Assembly: GCA_012295275.1 (NCBI GenBank)
Contig: CM022671.1
Location: forward strand, 7,254,001-7,318,000
From: Chrysomallon squamiferum
Lineage: Eukaryota > Animalia > Mollusca
DNA length: 64,000 nucleotides
Direction of reading: 5' to 3'
Both the position numbers and the translations under genes were made by a program. Of the stretch, positions 1 to 13,530 are shown piece by piece (the stretch's first letter is position 1; each line of letters starts with the position of its first letter). The notes under the pieces are model-generated. The model was not told the DNA's origin. It made no database searches and saw only the letters and a list, made by a program, of their open reading frames with translations.

Positions 1-499
1 AAATCATTCATTTATTATTCGAAACGTCAAACGTGTTATGACTTTCTGATACTAACGCAAATCCGATTTAAGCTTTAACCGTTTGTTTTAACTAGAAAGT
101 TTTCCAAGATATGAACGGGTGGGGAGAGTGATATATATTGGGACTCATCCATTAATTGCTCTTGCTTGACTGCTGGTAGAATTTACTGAGGTATTTGATT
201 CACACGAACTAAATGGTCTGATAAACAAAACTAGCTAAACCCGGTTAGTGTCCACATTTCCGTTAATTCGCTGTTTGCATGCAACGACAGCGACGTCATT
301 CACATGGTCGGAATCGGGTCAGCTATTAATGTGATACTTAAAAATGTTTTCCTGACAATCCCCGTCTCTGAAGGGATCGCGGCTTAAACTGTTTGTCGAC
401 TAATTATTGCAGGTCCGTGGTATCAGAACACCGGGAAAATGTGTGTTTTTTGTCGTAGCTGGCCTGCTAAATAACCTTTATCCTGATCTATGTTGAGAT

Positions 500-780
500 C
501 ACACACACACACACACACACAGACACACATACACACACACAGACACAAACACACAGACACACATACACACATACACACAGACACACAGACATACACAAAG
601 ATACCATACAAAACACACACGCAGACACAAGCACTCACAGACGTACATATACACAGACACACACACACACACATACACACAGACACACACATAGACACAG
701 ACATACACACAGATACCATACAAACACACACACACAAACACAAGAACACACACACACAGAGACATACACACATATATACA
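500..780. repeat. Degenerate (AC)n microsatellite
   Basis: Direct reading. Confidence 0.95.
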
Positions 781-881
781 CAGCGACTTTAGAGAGAATA
801 ATAAGTATATATAAATATAAAGTAAGTAAAAAGCTTAGAGCGCTTTTGAAACCTATTATGATACAGTTTTTTTATGTACAA

Positions 882-1139
882 TGTATTATTATTTATTTAT
901 TATTTTAGACGAGACGATATATGATACACAGTTATTAAATAAATATATATATATATATATAATAATAAAAAGGCAATTTAGTTAAATATTTTTTTTGCTC
1001 TATATCTTATCACCTGTATTATTATTTATTTATTTTAGGCACGACGGTATATGATACACAGTTATTAAAAATATATAAATAATAATAAAAAGGCAATTTA
1101 GTTAAATATTTTGTTTGCTTATATATCTTATCATCTGTA
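882..1139. repeat. Two-copy tandem duplication, about 125-135 bp unit
   Basis: tgtattattattt...atatgatacacagttattaaa...aataataaaaaggcaatttagttaaatattt...tatcttatca.ctgta starts at 882 and 1015. Confidence 0.9.
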
Positions 1140-1574
1140 AAATGATAAGGCTATTAAAACTCCTGGAGTTAAATGTAGTAGAGAAAACGTGTTTCCTGTG
1201 GCGTTATGACAATCTCAGTTCAAAATACTCATAATTTCAAAACAGTGAGTAGATAATTGACACACATATATTTATATCTCGCAGTTTTTACTAAACAACA
1301 TAAAAATTACCTCAAAAGCATTTTTTTTATCGGTTTCGCTATTATGATCTTATTAATCTTAATAAATTATGAAGTTAAGCTGGGTTTTTTCCCCTCTCTT
1401 TCGTTCTTACTGTCTTTTTGTCACTTTTTCCATGTCTCACTATGCATCAGTCCTCCGATCTGTCCATCTGTCAGTTTGTATATATATATATATATCTGTA
1501 TGTCTCTCTGTCTGTCTTTCAATCTAGCTAAAAGCCTTTCTGTCGATTTATACACCTAATTACCCACTTACCCA

Positions 1575-1637
<63 letters not shown>

Positions 1638-1970
1638 CTCTGTTTTATAATTATTTCTCAAATACAAAAAAGATTGTTATTGTGGATTGTTATCGATTGT
1701 GTGGATATTTTCATTTTTCCATGTTTAGATTGATTCTTTTTTATAACATTTATCGTTTACATTCCTACTATAATTACCTGTGAAATACGATGTTATCTAA
1801 TCGTTTTAACATAACAGGCGTGGTCTGATTTTGCAATTCATGACAGTTCAGTGTATTTATATTTAATATATATTTATATGCATTCACACACACATACACA
1901 TATTCATACATACACACAAGTGAATTCAGTTTTGTGGCATGACGCAAACTGAGTTTTTTTTTTTCAGGTA

Positions 1971-2005
<35 letters not shown>

Positions 2006-2242
2006 CGATTTGCAATATGTTTATATATGTTTGTGTGTGCGTGTGTGTAGTTATACAACACGCTTATTTCATATAAACTGAAAAAAAATTACAAATAAAA
2101 AATAAAATAACACACATACATATATGCTCCAACACACTCATATACACACACACATACACACATCTACATATATATTTATATATATACACAAACGTAAACA
2201 CATACACAAATACGTAAAAATACATTTATAATAATAATAATA

Positions 2243-2301
<59 letters not shown>

Positions 2302-2652
2302 CATCATCATCATCATAAAAAACACAATAGAATAAATTGTTACTATAATATTCTTTATTTTTTTTTCATTTTGTTTCTCGAGAAGTCACATTTTGATAAG
2401 ATCACTGATAATTCTGACTAATCTTTGACGCCATTAAGTCCACATTGTTTTGTTCCGAAGCAGTATTCCGAGTTCGATTTTTATCATGGCAATGATTAGA
2501 AATAAACTGGTCACGTAGTCGCTAGTTTTCTTTAAGAACGGGTCTACTACGTTTGTCGGTTAATGCGCAACCGCTCTTTTGTCATGGAAATAGGAAAATT
2601 AGAGTTTTACAGGTTATTCGAACACTGTTTAAGTTCAGAAAACCAGCGCCTA

Positions 2653-2723
<71 letters not shown>

Positions 2724-3520
2724 CCAAATATTTTTGTTCTGTAAACCGAAGAAAACTATATTGAATGTTTCTAATTATTAATTTACTGCCATTACAACTT
2801 CTTCTTCTCTTTCTTCTACCACTACTACTAGAAATACAGCTACTACCACAATCGAACAACTACTACTACTACTACAACCACCACCACAATTTTAACATTA
2901 TGCACCACCACTAATACCACCATCTTAACACTACTACCATCACCACCACCATAATCTACCAAAACTACCACCACCACTACCACTACTACTACTACTGCTG
3001 CTGCTGCTGCTACTGCTACCACAACATCTTCCCACCGTCGTCTAAAACCGCTATTTACGACAAACAGTATTCCGCATTCCACAGATTGTACTCTTGAGTA
3101 AGACACCCACAGTACTGGCAGTGTATGATTAACAAGAAGCTATTACATTCAGAAAGAAAGGAAAAGAAAGAGAAAATCCTCACAAAAACACTCGAGGTAG
3201 TAGGAAGGTACAATGGACATCTGTGCCGAGTGTAACGTGTTATCTGCAGAAGTTCGTCGTGTGGGGTACCTTAATAACCAGTGAGTCACCGAGTTAGTTG
3301 CAGTCAAGTGAAAACTTTTAATGTGTTCTGCCCCGTGACACTTTACTTTGTTTGTTAAAAGAAAAAGAAAAAAAAAAAAAAAAAAAAACATGAAGAAAAA
3401 ATATACGAAAAATGAGAGAAAAATAAGAAGATTTTCATTTTCGTTTTGCCAGCGTAAATTTAACTTTTATTTTTTTTTTTTTATTATTTTTATTATTTTT
3501 ACTTTTTTATTTTTATTTTT

Positions 3521-3563
<43 letters not shown>

Positions 3564-4518
3564 TATTTTTTTTTCTAATCTGATTGCTTATTTTGTGTAC
3601 TTGTGTGAAACGTACGTACCTATATGCATGTATCTGTGATCTGTGCATATATTTCGGTATACGTATGTATAATATTGCATACATACATACGTAAATATAT
3701 ATTACACACATATATACACATGCATTATATGTAGGAATATATTTATATATATAGGGATGGTTACATATACAGATATATAGACAGACAAACAGACAGACAG
3801 ATAGACAGATAAATAGACTCTGCATATACATACGCGTGCAACGTGCATATAAATATTATGCAGAATATCTTACAGATATGAATTTGGATTCTTGGCAACA
3901 GAAAATACAAAAACATATAAATTACACCACTTTCCATCTAAAAAAAAAAAAAAAAAAAACATTCATTTAAATACTGATATGTGAAAAATGCACGACGGAT
4001 TAACACACATTTTATTTCTGGTATTTTCGACTATTATTTTAGGCCCCGATTCTCTTTGCCCACTTCAAATATAGAAACCCGGCTTGGTCGACCTATGTTC
4101 TCTGATAGCTGTGTGTATGTAAACCTGGGCGAAACCGTCTTCTCATCGTTTACATTGGTGTAATTATAGTGAATATTTTCGTGTGGATATTTCTGAAACA
4201 TGCCACGAAATCGTATCGGCTTGGAGTGGAGGAAAAAATACGAGAGGCCTGCCGGGTCTTCACTTAATAACATCGTCAGTGCCACCAGGCTAACGTGTAG
4301 TAAACTCCTGATTAGCTAGTTAGTGCTCTCGTTATCAGAACCTCCGAATGAAAGTTGCTGTCTGCTGATACAGATACACAGTAGTTAGAATAGTTCACGA
4401 AGTGCTGGAGTAAGTCATCCGCACGTGTACTGACTTCGTGAAGTGCTGCAGTTCGTGATCAGTATGGTGTAGTTCACGAAGTACCACACACACACACACA
4501 CACTCATAAACACACACA

Positions 4519-4559
<41 letters not shown>

Positions 4560-4774
4560 TAATTGATAGAGTTGATAATCTAGAGTCTAGATTCATGAAA
4601 TACTTCATAAACCCAGACTACGAGCGTTTACACACGCACGCACACACACACTCACATACACAAACACTCACTCACACATAAATACACATACACACACAAA
4701 ATAATTGATAGTGTTGACAATCTAGAGCCTAGATTCATGAAATACTTCATAAACCCAGACTACGAGTTTTTACA
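4560..4774. repeat. Two-copy duplication of about 72 bp embedded in (AC)n
   Basis: taattgatag.gttga.aatctagag.ctagattcatgaaatacttcataaacccagactacgag starts at 4560 and 4702. Confidence 0.9.
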
Positions 4775-5269
4775 AACACACACACACGAAGCACGCACAC
4801 ACACACACAGCTACACACACGCACCTCCACATAACTGCAAGATAAGGAAATTTGTCTCTTCCGACCACCATCAAGGCTCGATCTTTGATCCCGCTCATCA
4901 CCGAGGAACACCGAACCAAACTGTACCCAGCTCAGCTGCGTGTGTTACAGACAGACGGGATTATGAAGACGAGATTTTCGTTCAAGTGTTGTTGTCATCC
5001 TCTCGACAGAAAGAGAGAGGCCTCTTCACGCCTCGTTCCCGATCCGGACACCTGAGACACTGAGCTGTCAACATGTAACAGACTCCTCTGTCCACACGCA
5101 ACCCGAGACCTCGTGTCTTTGCTCTGTGGCGGGGTGTTGACAGTGGGTAGATTTGTCTCACGTACTCCCTCCTACACCTGGGTAACCGAAGCGGTGACAG
5201 CGAGATGTTCCATTGTTCTTTTTTATTTGGTGATGTGGGGTTTTTTTTCTTTCATTTTTATGGGGTTTT

Positions 5270-5348
5270 TTATTATTATTATTTCTTCTTCTTCTTTTTT
5301 TTTTTTTTTTTTTTTGGTCCTTTTCTTCTTCTTCTTCTTCTTCTTCTT

Positions 5349-5379
<31 letters not shown>

Positions 5380-5402
5380 TTATTATTATTATTATTATTA
5401 TT

Positions 5403-5438
<36 letters not shown>

Positions 5439-5495
5439 ATTGTTATTGTTACTGTTATTGTTGTTGTTATTGTTGTTGTTGCTGCTGCTGCTGTT
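5270..5495. repeat. Compound trinucleotide microsatellite (TTC)n(TTA)n(TTG)n(CTG)n
   Basis: Direct reading. Confidence 0.95.
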
Positions 5496-6089
5496 ATTTA
5501 TCTATCTATCCATCCATCCATCTACCTGTTTGTCTAACTATCTATTACGCCTACCACTACTAGTACCATTACACCAAGATCAGACAACTATTACCCTTTA
5601 TGACTACTACAACAACAACAGCCACAGTAACAGTTACGGCTACTACGATTAATACTGATTTATAATAAGAAAGATAACATCAGTAAGAAATTGAAATATC
5701 CATTATTATAGCGTTTTAGTAGAAGAGTGGTGATAACAATGACAATAACAATGATAGTGGTATTAAACGATAATAACAATCTATTAATCATCATCACATT
5801 AAATACAACAAGATGAAGATGATGATGATAAAAATGCTGATTATAATTTGATGTTGAAATCGACGAGATGGTAATGATGACACACATTGGTGGCAAGGGT
5901 GGCGAATCAGAAATGAAATAAACCTTTTAAGTGTCGATTTGCAATACGTCTGCTCAGATAAGCGAATGATTTTTCATTGATTTTTACAAGCATTTGTCAC
6001 CCCCTGTTCATGAACGATTTTATTATCACTTCTTCAGGGAAAAGTCGTATTGTCCACAGCGGTTTTGACGCTCTCTAAAAAGATCAAGA

Positions 6090-6430
6090 AATCACGAGCC
6101 GACGTCGCGGTTGTAACAAAATCACAGCAGTAGTAATCACACTTCATCCTTGTCCCAACGTCTGCGGGTCAATTATCCCGCGCGGTGACCCTTTTCACAG
6201 GCCGCGTCCACCTGGCAGTCATAACTGAAGTGTCGGCTCGTTTGAAGACGCCGGTTAGACGACGTTCCGACTGATTTCCCAAGCCAAACATTGTCAGGGT
6301 GTCCCCGCATCACCGGGTGGACGCGAAGAGGTCACTGGTGGTGCTACTACCCGGTGGACGCGGTGGTCGAATTACTGCACGTCCTTAAAGTGTCTGTCGG
6401 TCATAAACTCGAGAGTATGTAAGCGAGCGA
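6090..6430. promoter_or_regulatory. CpG-rich island, candidate promoter or enhancer
   Basis: High GC and CpG against an AT-rich background; three copies of GGTGGACGCG; no recognisable ORF. Confidence 0.5.
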
Positions 6431-8609
6431 GTGAGTGAGTGAGTGAGTGTGTGTGTGTGTCTGTGTGTGTGTGTGTGTGGCCGGTTTGAAACTGTTTGCT
6501 TTGTTCGGTCAGTATCAATCAGTCTGTTTTGCAAGTGTGTCAGAAGTAATCACAGAGAAGAGAATGTATATAGATAGAGATGTAGGTGTGTGTATGTAAT
6601 TAACGTCAATTACATCAAATTAAATGTCTACCGCACGCAACAGAATCTGGTCTTTGTGTAATCACATCTACGTCATTGTAATGGCACGGGATATCGTTTC
6701 CGTTATATGTCAAGACGAACAGTTTTCAGCGCTATGGTGAGTGAACGAACGAGAAAGTACGAAGGGACGGATAAATGAATAAATGAACGAAAGAACGAAA
6801 TGAATAAAAAGTATTTGTTACAGTTAGGTAGCCCATCAAGGCTTAAAGCCCCACACGGATGGTTGATTGGAAACCGCTACGGCTTGCAGCTTTGCCAACA
6901 ATGAAACAGTTAATGAAAATCAAGTGGCGTCAAGAGAAAAACAGATGTGTTCTTTCTTAAGTGTATGCGTGTGTGTGCGTGCGTGTTCTTGCGTGTACAA
7001 AGTCAAATCCAGCTCTTTTACATACATGCAAAAGCTCACGAACACACACACACACAAACAAACACACACACACACAGACATATATTTCATATAAAAGTAT
7101 TTATTGCATGCTTGTATTTGTATAAAAGGCTTTTATATTCGTGTATGTATGCATATGTATGAATGCATAAAGCACGCATATGTGGACCTAGCCATCGTAT
7201 CAATGTATAAATTTATATATCAATCAACCCTTTTCCGCATCTTTCTGCCGATATAAACTCGCGATATCCCTTTCAGACTAAACTCTCGTACAGATCCCAC
7301 GATATTGTCCGAATTAACAAGCCCATATTGTCAGTTTCGAATCTGATACAGTAACTCGATAGCACATTAAAGTAAAACGATTTCCTGAAAATTTATTAAC
7401 ATTGAAGTAGCACAAATACGGAAATGTTTATATTACATGCGAATGATTAGGCCTATTAATGACATAAGTACACCATAGTTCTTAGTAGTGTTGCAATTAA
7501 AATACACTATATATAGACCTTGTTCGATTTTTGCTTGTGTAATCGTTCTATATTTTTAAAACTTCATTCGTTTACTCGCTGGTTTTCATTTATTTGTTTG
7601 TTAATCTTTATTAACTACATTTTATTTACTTTCAGTTGTTCTTTCAGTAGTTGTGTTTGTTATTATTTTTGTATTATCATCATTGATTTTGTTGTTGTTG
7701 TTGTTGGTATTATTATTATTACTTCTTTATACTAACACCTTCCTCTCTTTGAACTAGAGCGCACACGACTCCATTAAAAAGAAATTAGTGTACGAAACAC
7801 ACACTGTTGTCAGTATAACACAGATCCGAGAGATAAAGTCGAAGATTTCAGATGAGAAAAAAAATATATAAAATAAACATCCTGCAATGAGCTGACTTGG
7901 TGTTTATGCCACTTATGTCCCAAATAAATTCAAATATTAATTTAGTCGCTGCAGAAAACAAAACGTTATCTCTAAGAACGGAAGTGTGTGTATGTGTGTA
8001 AATTCCTCCAGTTTCGTCTGGAGCACTAACTGACCGATGAACGCTGAACCCAAGGTCGTAATGACGTTACTTTATATTAATAATATGAAAATACATTCAG
8101 TGTTTTCTAAGTTTTGAGATTTTGAAACCCAGTAAAGAATATGATTAAATTCGTATTAGGTGTTCATAAATAATAATAACAATAACAATAATAATAATAA
8201 CAACAACGACAACAACAATAATAATTAAAAATAACAAGAACAACGACAACAATAATAGGAATAAAAATAAAAATAACAGTACTATTTATAATAACGGATA
8301 CAAAAAAATGAATGAACGTATGGACACACTAAACACATTTTATACTGCAATGGTTATATTGAGTCACACGTAAGTTACAGATAACGAGACAAGAAATGTT
8401 CTAACGACATAAAATGGATTATTATTTGGACTAACAGTGAGGGATATTTTACATGATATTCCCACAAGATGGAAGAGAGTATATGTCCTTTGATAGACAA
8501 ATTATTATGTTACGCTGTATGGAACGGGAAAATTGCCCAAATCAAAGCATTGATCCTGTGTTTTGTAAGCCTTCAAGCCAACACTCCAGTGACTGCTTTT
8601 TCTTCTTCT

Positions 8610-8641
<32 letters not shown>

Positions 8642-9544
8642 CTAGGAAAGAAATTGAAGTAATAGGATTCATCAGTCTAGAAACTACAACATTATAAACT
8701 CCAAAGACTCATCAAGTCTCCTGGATTACTTTCCACACCGATCACAGATCTTCTCCGTATAATACATAGCAGGGCACTTAAACCCGTCTGTTTCTGTTAA
8801 ATCACCTTATCTGCTTTTCTTCGCACCAAAATTCTCCCTGCGCGCTGTAGTAGCAGTCACGCTTGCTGATGCCCACGTTTCGCCGATGTTATCGCCGCAG
8901 CGTGAAAAGACCCGGCTGAAGGGCACAACGACGTCTGCTGGTCCAGCGTGAAAAGCTCAACAACACCGCCGACCCCGTCAGCTCGCATTAAAGTGACCCA
9001 GGGTGTGTTGTGTGTGCGCGCGGTTGTAATTTATCACGGCAGGTTTGATTTACAAAACCCACGTCTGCCCTCACCTGTTATAATACCGCATCAAAGACTG
9101 GGTGTTTAGAAAGCATTTGCTCTCTTTGTCTGGTTGTCTTGTCTGCGGCACGGTTCAACACCAGGGTGGCAGGACTTCTCTGGGGTTTTTTTAACCTTCG
9201 GTTATCTCCACGAAGACGACGTTAAACGTCGTGGACAACTGAAGTGTCGTTGGTAATGGTCCAGTCAACGTCCTTGTCATCAACGTCTGTACGTGCGAGA
9301 TATTTCTGTGTTTTTTTGACCGAGCAGATTATTTGTATATTATGAAGTATCTGTCTCTTTTTTTTATAAATAAGAATAGAAGTTTTCTGTACTGAAAAAC
9401 TCGTTTTCATATCAAAGAAAGATCAAGGTGGTTTATTACTGGGTTTTTTATGAACTGCAGTTCTAATAATTTATATGTACCTAAATTTCTATAAAACATT
9501 AAAGCAATAATATACTACACTATAATATACGCCAAGACTATTGT

Positions 9545-9665
9545 ACCTGCTAGTTTCCCCATGATGGTTCAACAAAGACAACTGAATATGTTTTCCTGTC
9601 TATGGGACTGTGTATATGAAACTGACTTGTTGCTAAATGAAAAAGAGTAACCCTCAGATTTTATA
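9545..9665 (+). mobile_element. Possible degenerate SINE fragment
   Basis: ttcctgtctatgggactgtgtatat...cttgttgctaaatgaaaaagagtaaccc resembles, from memory, an abundant gastropod interspersed repeat; not verified by search. Confidence 0.35.
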
Positions 9666-10441
9666 TAGTTATACATAACCGTACATTAAAAAGTATTTTT
9701 GATAAAATATGGTTATAAACAGTAACAGATTCACAAATCACACACTACGAATGCATCAAAAGTCTATAGAGATATTTGTATAGTATGCGTTAGCGGATGG
9801 ATACTATAATGATCCGATAATGATCCGATAGTTCCAGAATGATGAAATGATAGAACTTTTCCACTAAGGCAAATTATCATAAAATTACAGAAGTTTAGTC
9901 AATTTAGAATATTTCTGAGGTCTGAAATTTGACATGTCTCGGCTTTAAATCCAAAAGCTAAAAACCATTACAGAAATTTAGTAAATTTAGGATATTTCTG
10001 AGGTCTGAGGTTATCTACATTTTGTCACGATCTGACTTGTGTGCATAGAAACAATAACAGTCTTACGTCATCACACCCGTCTTTGATGTCATCCAACAGT
10101 CACTTTCATCACTTTAGTCTTCGATATGAGAAGCTTTCTTCTTTATCGCTTTTATTTTCTCTTTGTCCTTCTCTTTTTTTACTTTAACCTTCTCCTTTTC
10201 CTCATTTTCTTCTTTTTATTTTTCGTCTCCTTTTTCTTCCCTTTTTCTTCTCTTTATCCTCCATTTTTTTATTGTTGTTCTGTATCTTCTATTCCTTATT
10301 TTCTTTTTCTCTTCATTTTTTTCTTCTTCTTTTCTTTTTATTCTCCTTCTTCATTTTCATCTCCTTCGTCTCTTTCTTCATTTATCTTGTTTTTCTTTTT
10401 TTTTCTCCTTCGCTATTTCTTCTTCTTCCTCTTCTTTTTTT

Positions 10442-10473
<32 letters not shown>

Positions 10474-11091
10474 TTTTTCTTGTTTAATTGAAAATATCTG
10501 CGAGCTATATCGAACGTGGGCTAAGTGTTTACAGCGAGCAAAGAGACCTTTCAAAACGACCCTTCCAGTCAAAACACTGCGAGTCTAGTTCACGCGAAAT
10601 CATTACTGGGCCTCACTAGAAAAGAAAGGTGTCAGTATTTTCCTAATAGGTACTTTAATATTTGTCGAGAAAAGCTTATTCTGTGTACACTGGGAACACG
10701 GTTCATACGGAATGTGGTGGGTTTTTTTTTTTTCTTATTTGTTCGAAACATGTGTCGTATCACCTAGGGTCAAACAGTGCTACGGAAATTCTTATTCGTC
10801 TGTTGGCTTTTGTATTTTCGGACAATAATCAGACTTCTTCGGGGGCCAAAGAGAATTACTTGTCCTCAGAATAGCCAAGTCGCTAATGTAAGTGTGTTTT
10901 AATTTAGACGTTTTTCTCGATGAATGAGGTAAATCGCCGGGGTGGGGATTCAACTGTAGAAAAAAAAGTTAACCCCACACAGTCTCGTTTTTGTTCTTCT
11001 TCAGGTTTGACACATTTTTATGGCGACAGCCGCTATCACGTTTTAAATTAAGTAATTTGCTGAACACTTATTTTCGCGTTCTCTATCGTGT

Positions 11092-11285
11092 TTTTAATTT
11101 TATGTTTGATATCAGAATGGCGTCAGGTTCGGTTATAATTTGTTTCTTCCTTTTTTTTTTTTTTTTTTCTTTTTTTTAAATTAACTTTATTCAGACAATC
11201 TTAACCCTTACTAATTCTGTGTATATATGTTAATTTTATTTTTGATATCAGAATGGCGTCAGTTTTATTTCTAATTTCCTTCAAC

Positions 11286-11324
<39 letters not shown>

Positions 11325-11385
11325 TTGTTGTTGTTTTTGAATCAACTTTATTCTGACAATCTTTACCCATATTAATTCAGTGTGT
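11092..11385. repeat. Two-copy tandem duplication, about 140-150 bp with internal poly-T
   Basis: tttgatatcagaatggcgtcag...aactttattc.gacaatctt.accc present twice. Confidence 0.85.
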
Positions 11386-11440
11386 ATTGGTGTTTGTAAA
11401 TATGTGTGTGTTTGTGTTTATTACTCCATCTCTGTTTTTC

Positions 11441-11457
11441 TGTGTGTGTGTGTGTGT

Positions 11458-11552
<95 letters not shown>
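11441..11552. repeat. (TG)n(TC)n microsatellite
   Basis: Direct reading. Confidence 0.97.
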
Positions 11553-11554
<2 letters not shown>

Positions 11555-13129
11555 GCAGCTGCATCTCTGCAAAACTGCTGTTTATATCTTCATGTATAGA
11601 AAGCCCATAAAATGGGTAACTGTAGAGCAATAAAACGTAAAATGACACTAGATTAACACGTCATATAACGACTGTGTTGCATAACATACCTCCGCACCGA
11701 GACAGACGCGCAAGGAAGCAGCAGCCACACGTTTTATTGTGTCTACGTTATTACGATGATTATGATAGGTTGAACAGTGTCACTTACAGTCACGCCAGTT
11801 TTAACTTTCACAGACGTATCTTCAGTCGTTAAGACGTTTGCTTTAGGACTGATAGAGTCAAAGATCCAATCCAAAGACAAACTGTGGAAGTGAAACATCA
11901 TTTTTCAAAGTTTTCTAAGACTCTTACGCGAAAATATTTTAACCGTTACCGGGTGACCGAGATGAATATTTTAATCTGTGGTGATTGATTGAGAAACTTC
12001 TTTTATTGTTTTTCTGTTTTTCTTTTCTTTTTCTTTAAGGTTTTCAGACGTTGTTATGTGTTAAACATCAGCTTGTGTATTTGATCCATTCAGTTATTAT
12101 TTCTACTATTATTTCCCACTGAGGATCTTTTTTTAATGTTTTATTTTTTAATTTTTTTATTCCCTCAGTCAGACTGTCTATAGCATGCATAATAATCGCG
12201 AAACGAAATTGTTTTATTAATTAAATTATTTTTATTTCCCAGTGGATTCGTTATCTCTGATGTTTTCTGCCAGGAAATGTATTTTATTTGATTTCCTGTG
12301 TGTCAGTCAATCAGCGAAATCTGGATGTCTGTCTGTGTGTGTGTATTATGTCTGTCTATCTGTCCATCTTATCTACCTACCTACCTTATCTATATATCTT
12401 ATCTACCTGTCTATCTTATCCATTTATCTACCTGTCTAAGTATTATCTATTTGTCTGTCTGTCAATCTATCTCTCTCTCTCCATCCGTATTTAACTGTCG
12501 TCCTGTCAATCATTCTATCATCTCTCTCTCTCTCTTTCTCTACCTTCTGCCTCTTCATCTCTCTTTCATCCCGTGCCCCCCAAGATCATTTCAAAGTGTG
12601 TTATAGACCATCCCTGCAGTTTTACTACTCGTAGCAGATCAACAATGTCGTTAGAAGACGGCCTGTCTGAATATCTTGTCCAAACCAATGACCCCCTCGC
12701 GAATGCTAAACGCTTGTAATTTTATCCATAAAACTGACCGGGACACCGTCCACAACAGATGTTTTGTGTTTTTTGAGGGGAGGGGAAGAAGACGAAGTAG
12801 ACGGCGCGAATATGCCGAGAGGAAGAAACAAACGATAGTTATTCGTAAATAACGATTTTTTTATGACAGCACAAAACACGATCATACGAACAGACCTCGA
12901 GACCTGCTGAGGCAACCGCAGAGAATTGTAAACTTTGTTTTGTTGTTGAATTACGTTTGATTATTTACGGCTAACGTCGGTGATAAATAAATGTGTGTCA
13001 GTGATCGGGTTATAGCTCTTAAAGGAATACTCAGATCAAACGTCGAGCTTGATGCTTTTTTTTTTTTTTTTTTTTTTCTTTCTTTAAACGAATACTCAGA
13101 CCAAACATTTTGTAGATTTAGAACGTTTC

Positions 13130-13251
13130 ATTGCTGCTACTACAGCTGTCATTACAATTAGTACTACTACTACTACTACTACCAGTACTGGCTGTCACTA
13201 CTACTAAACTGTTACTAGTTACAGCTACTAATACTGCTGCTGTTGCTGCTG

Positions 13252-13301
<50 letters not shown>

Positions 13302-13530
13302 ACTTCTGCTACTGTTCTTACTGCTGTTACTACTACTAGTAGTGCTGCTGCTATTGTTACCGCTACTACTACTTCTACTGCTACTAATACTACTACTACA
13401 ATACACGATAACTATTATTACTACTACTACTATTATTACTACTCCAAATACATGTAGCCACACTATTACTGATACTACCACTGTAACTATTACTTCTGCT
13501 GCTGCCGGTACTATTACTACTATGCTAGTA
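13130..13530. repeat. Degenerate (CTA)n/(CTG)n microsatellite
   Basis: Direct reading. Confidence 0.9.

Noticed and set aside
3116-3124. TGGCAGTGT, miR-34/449-like 5' end
   Set aside because: Only the seed region matches; no hairpin evident
3194-3204. GAGGTAGTAGG, 11-nt match to let-7
   Set aside because: Preceded by C not T, 3' half diverges, and no complementary arm nearby
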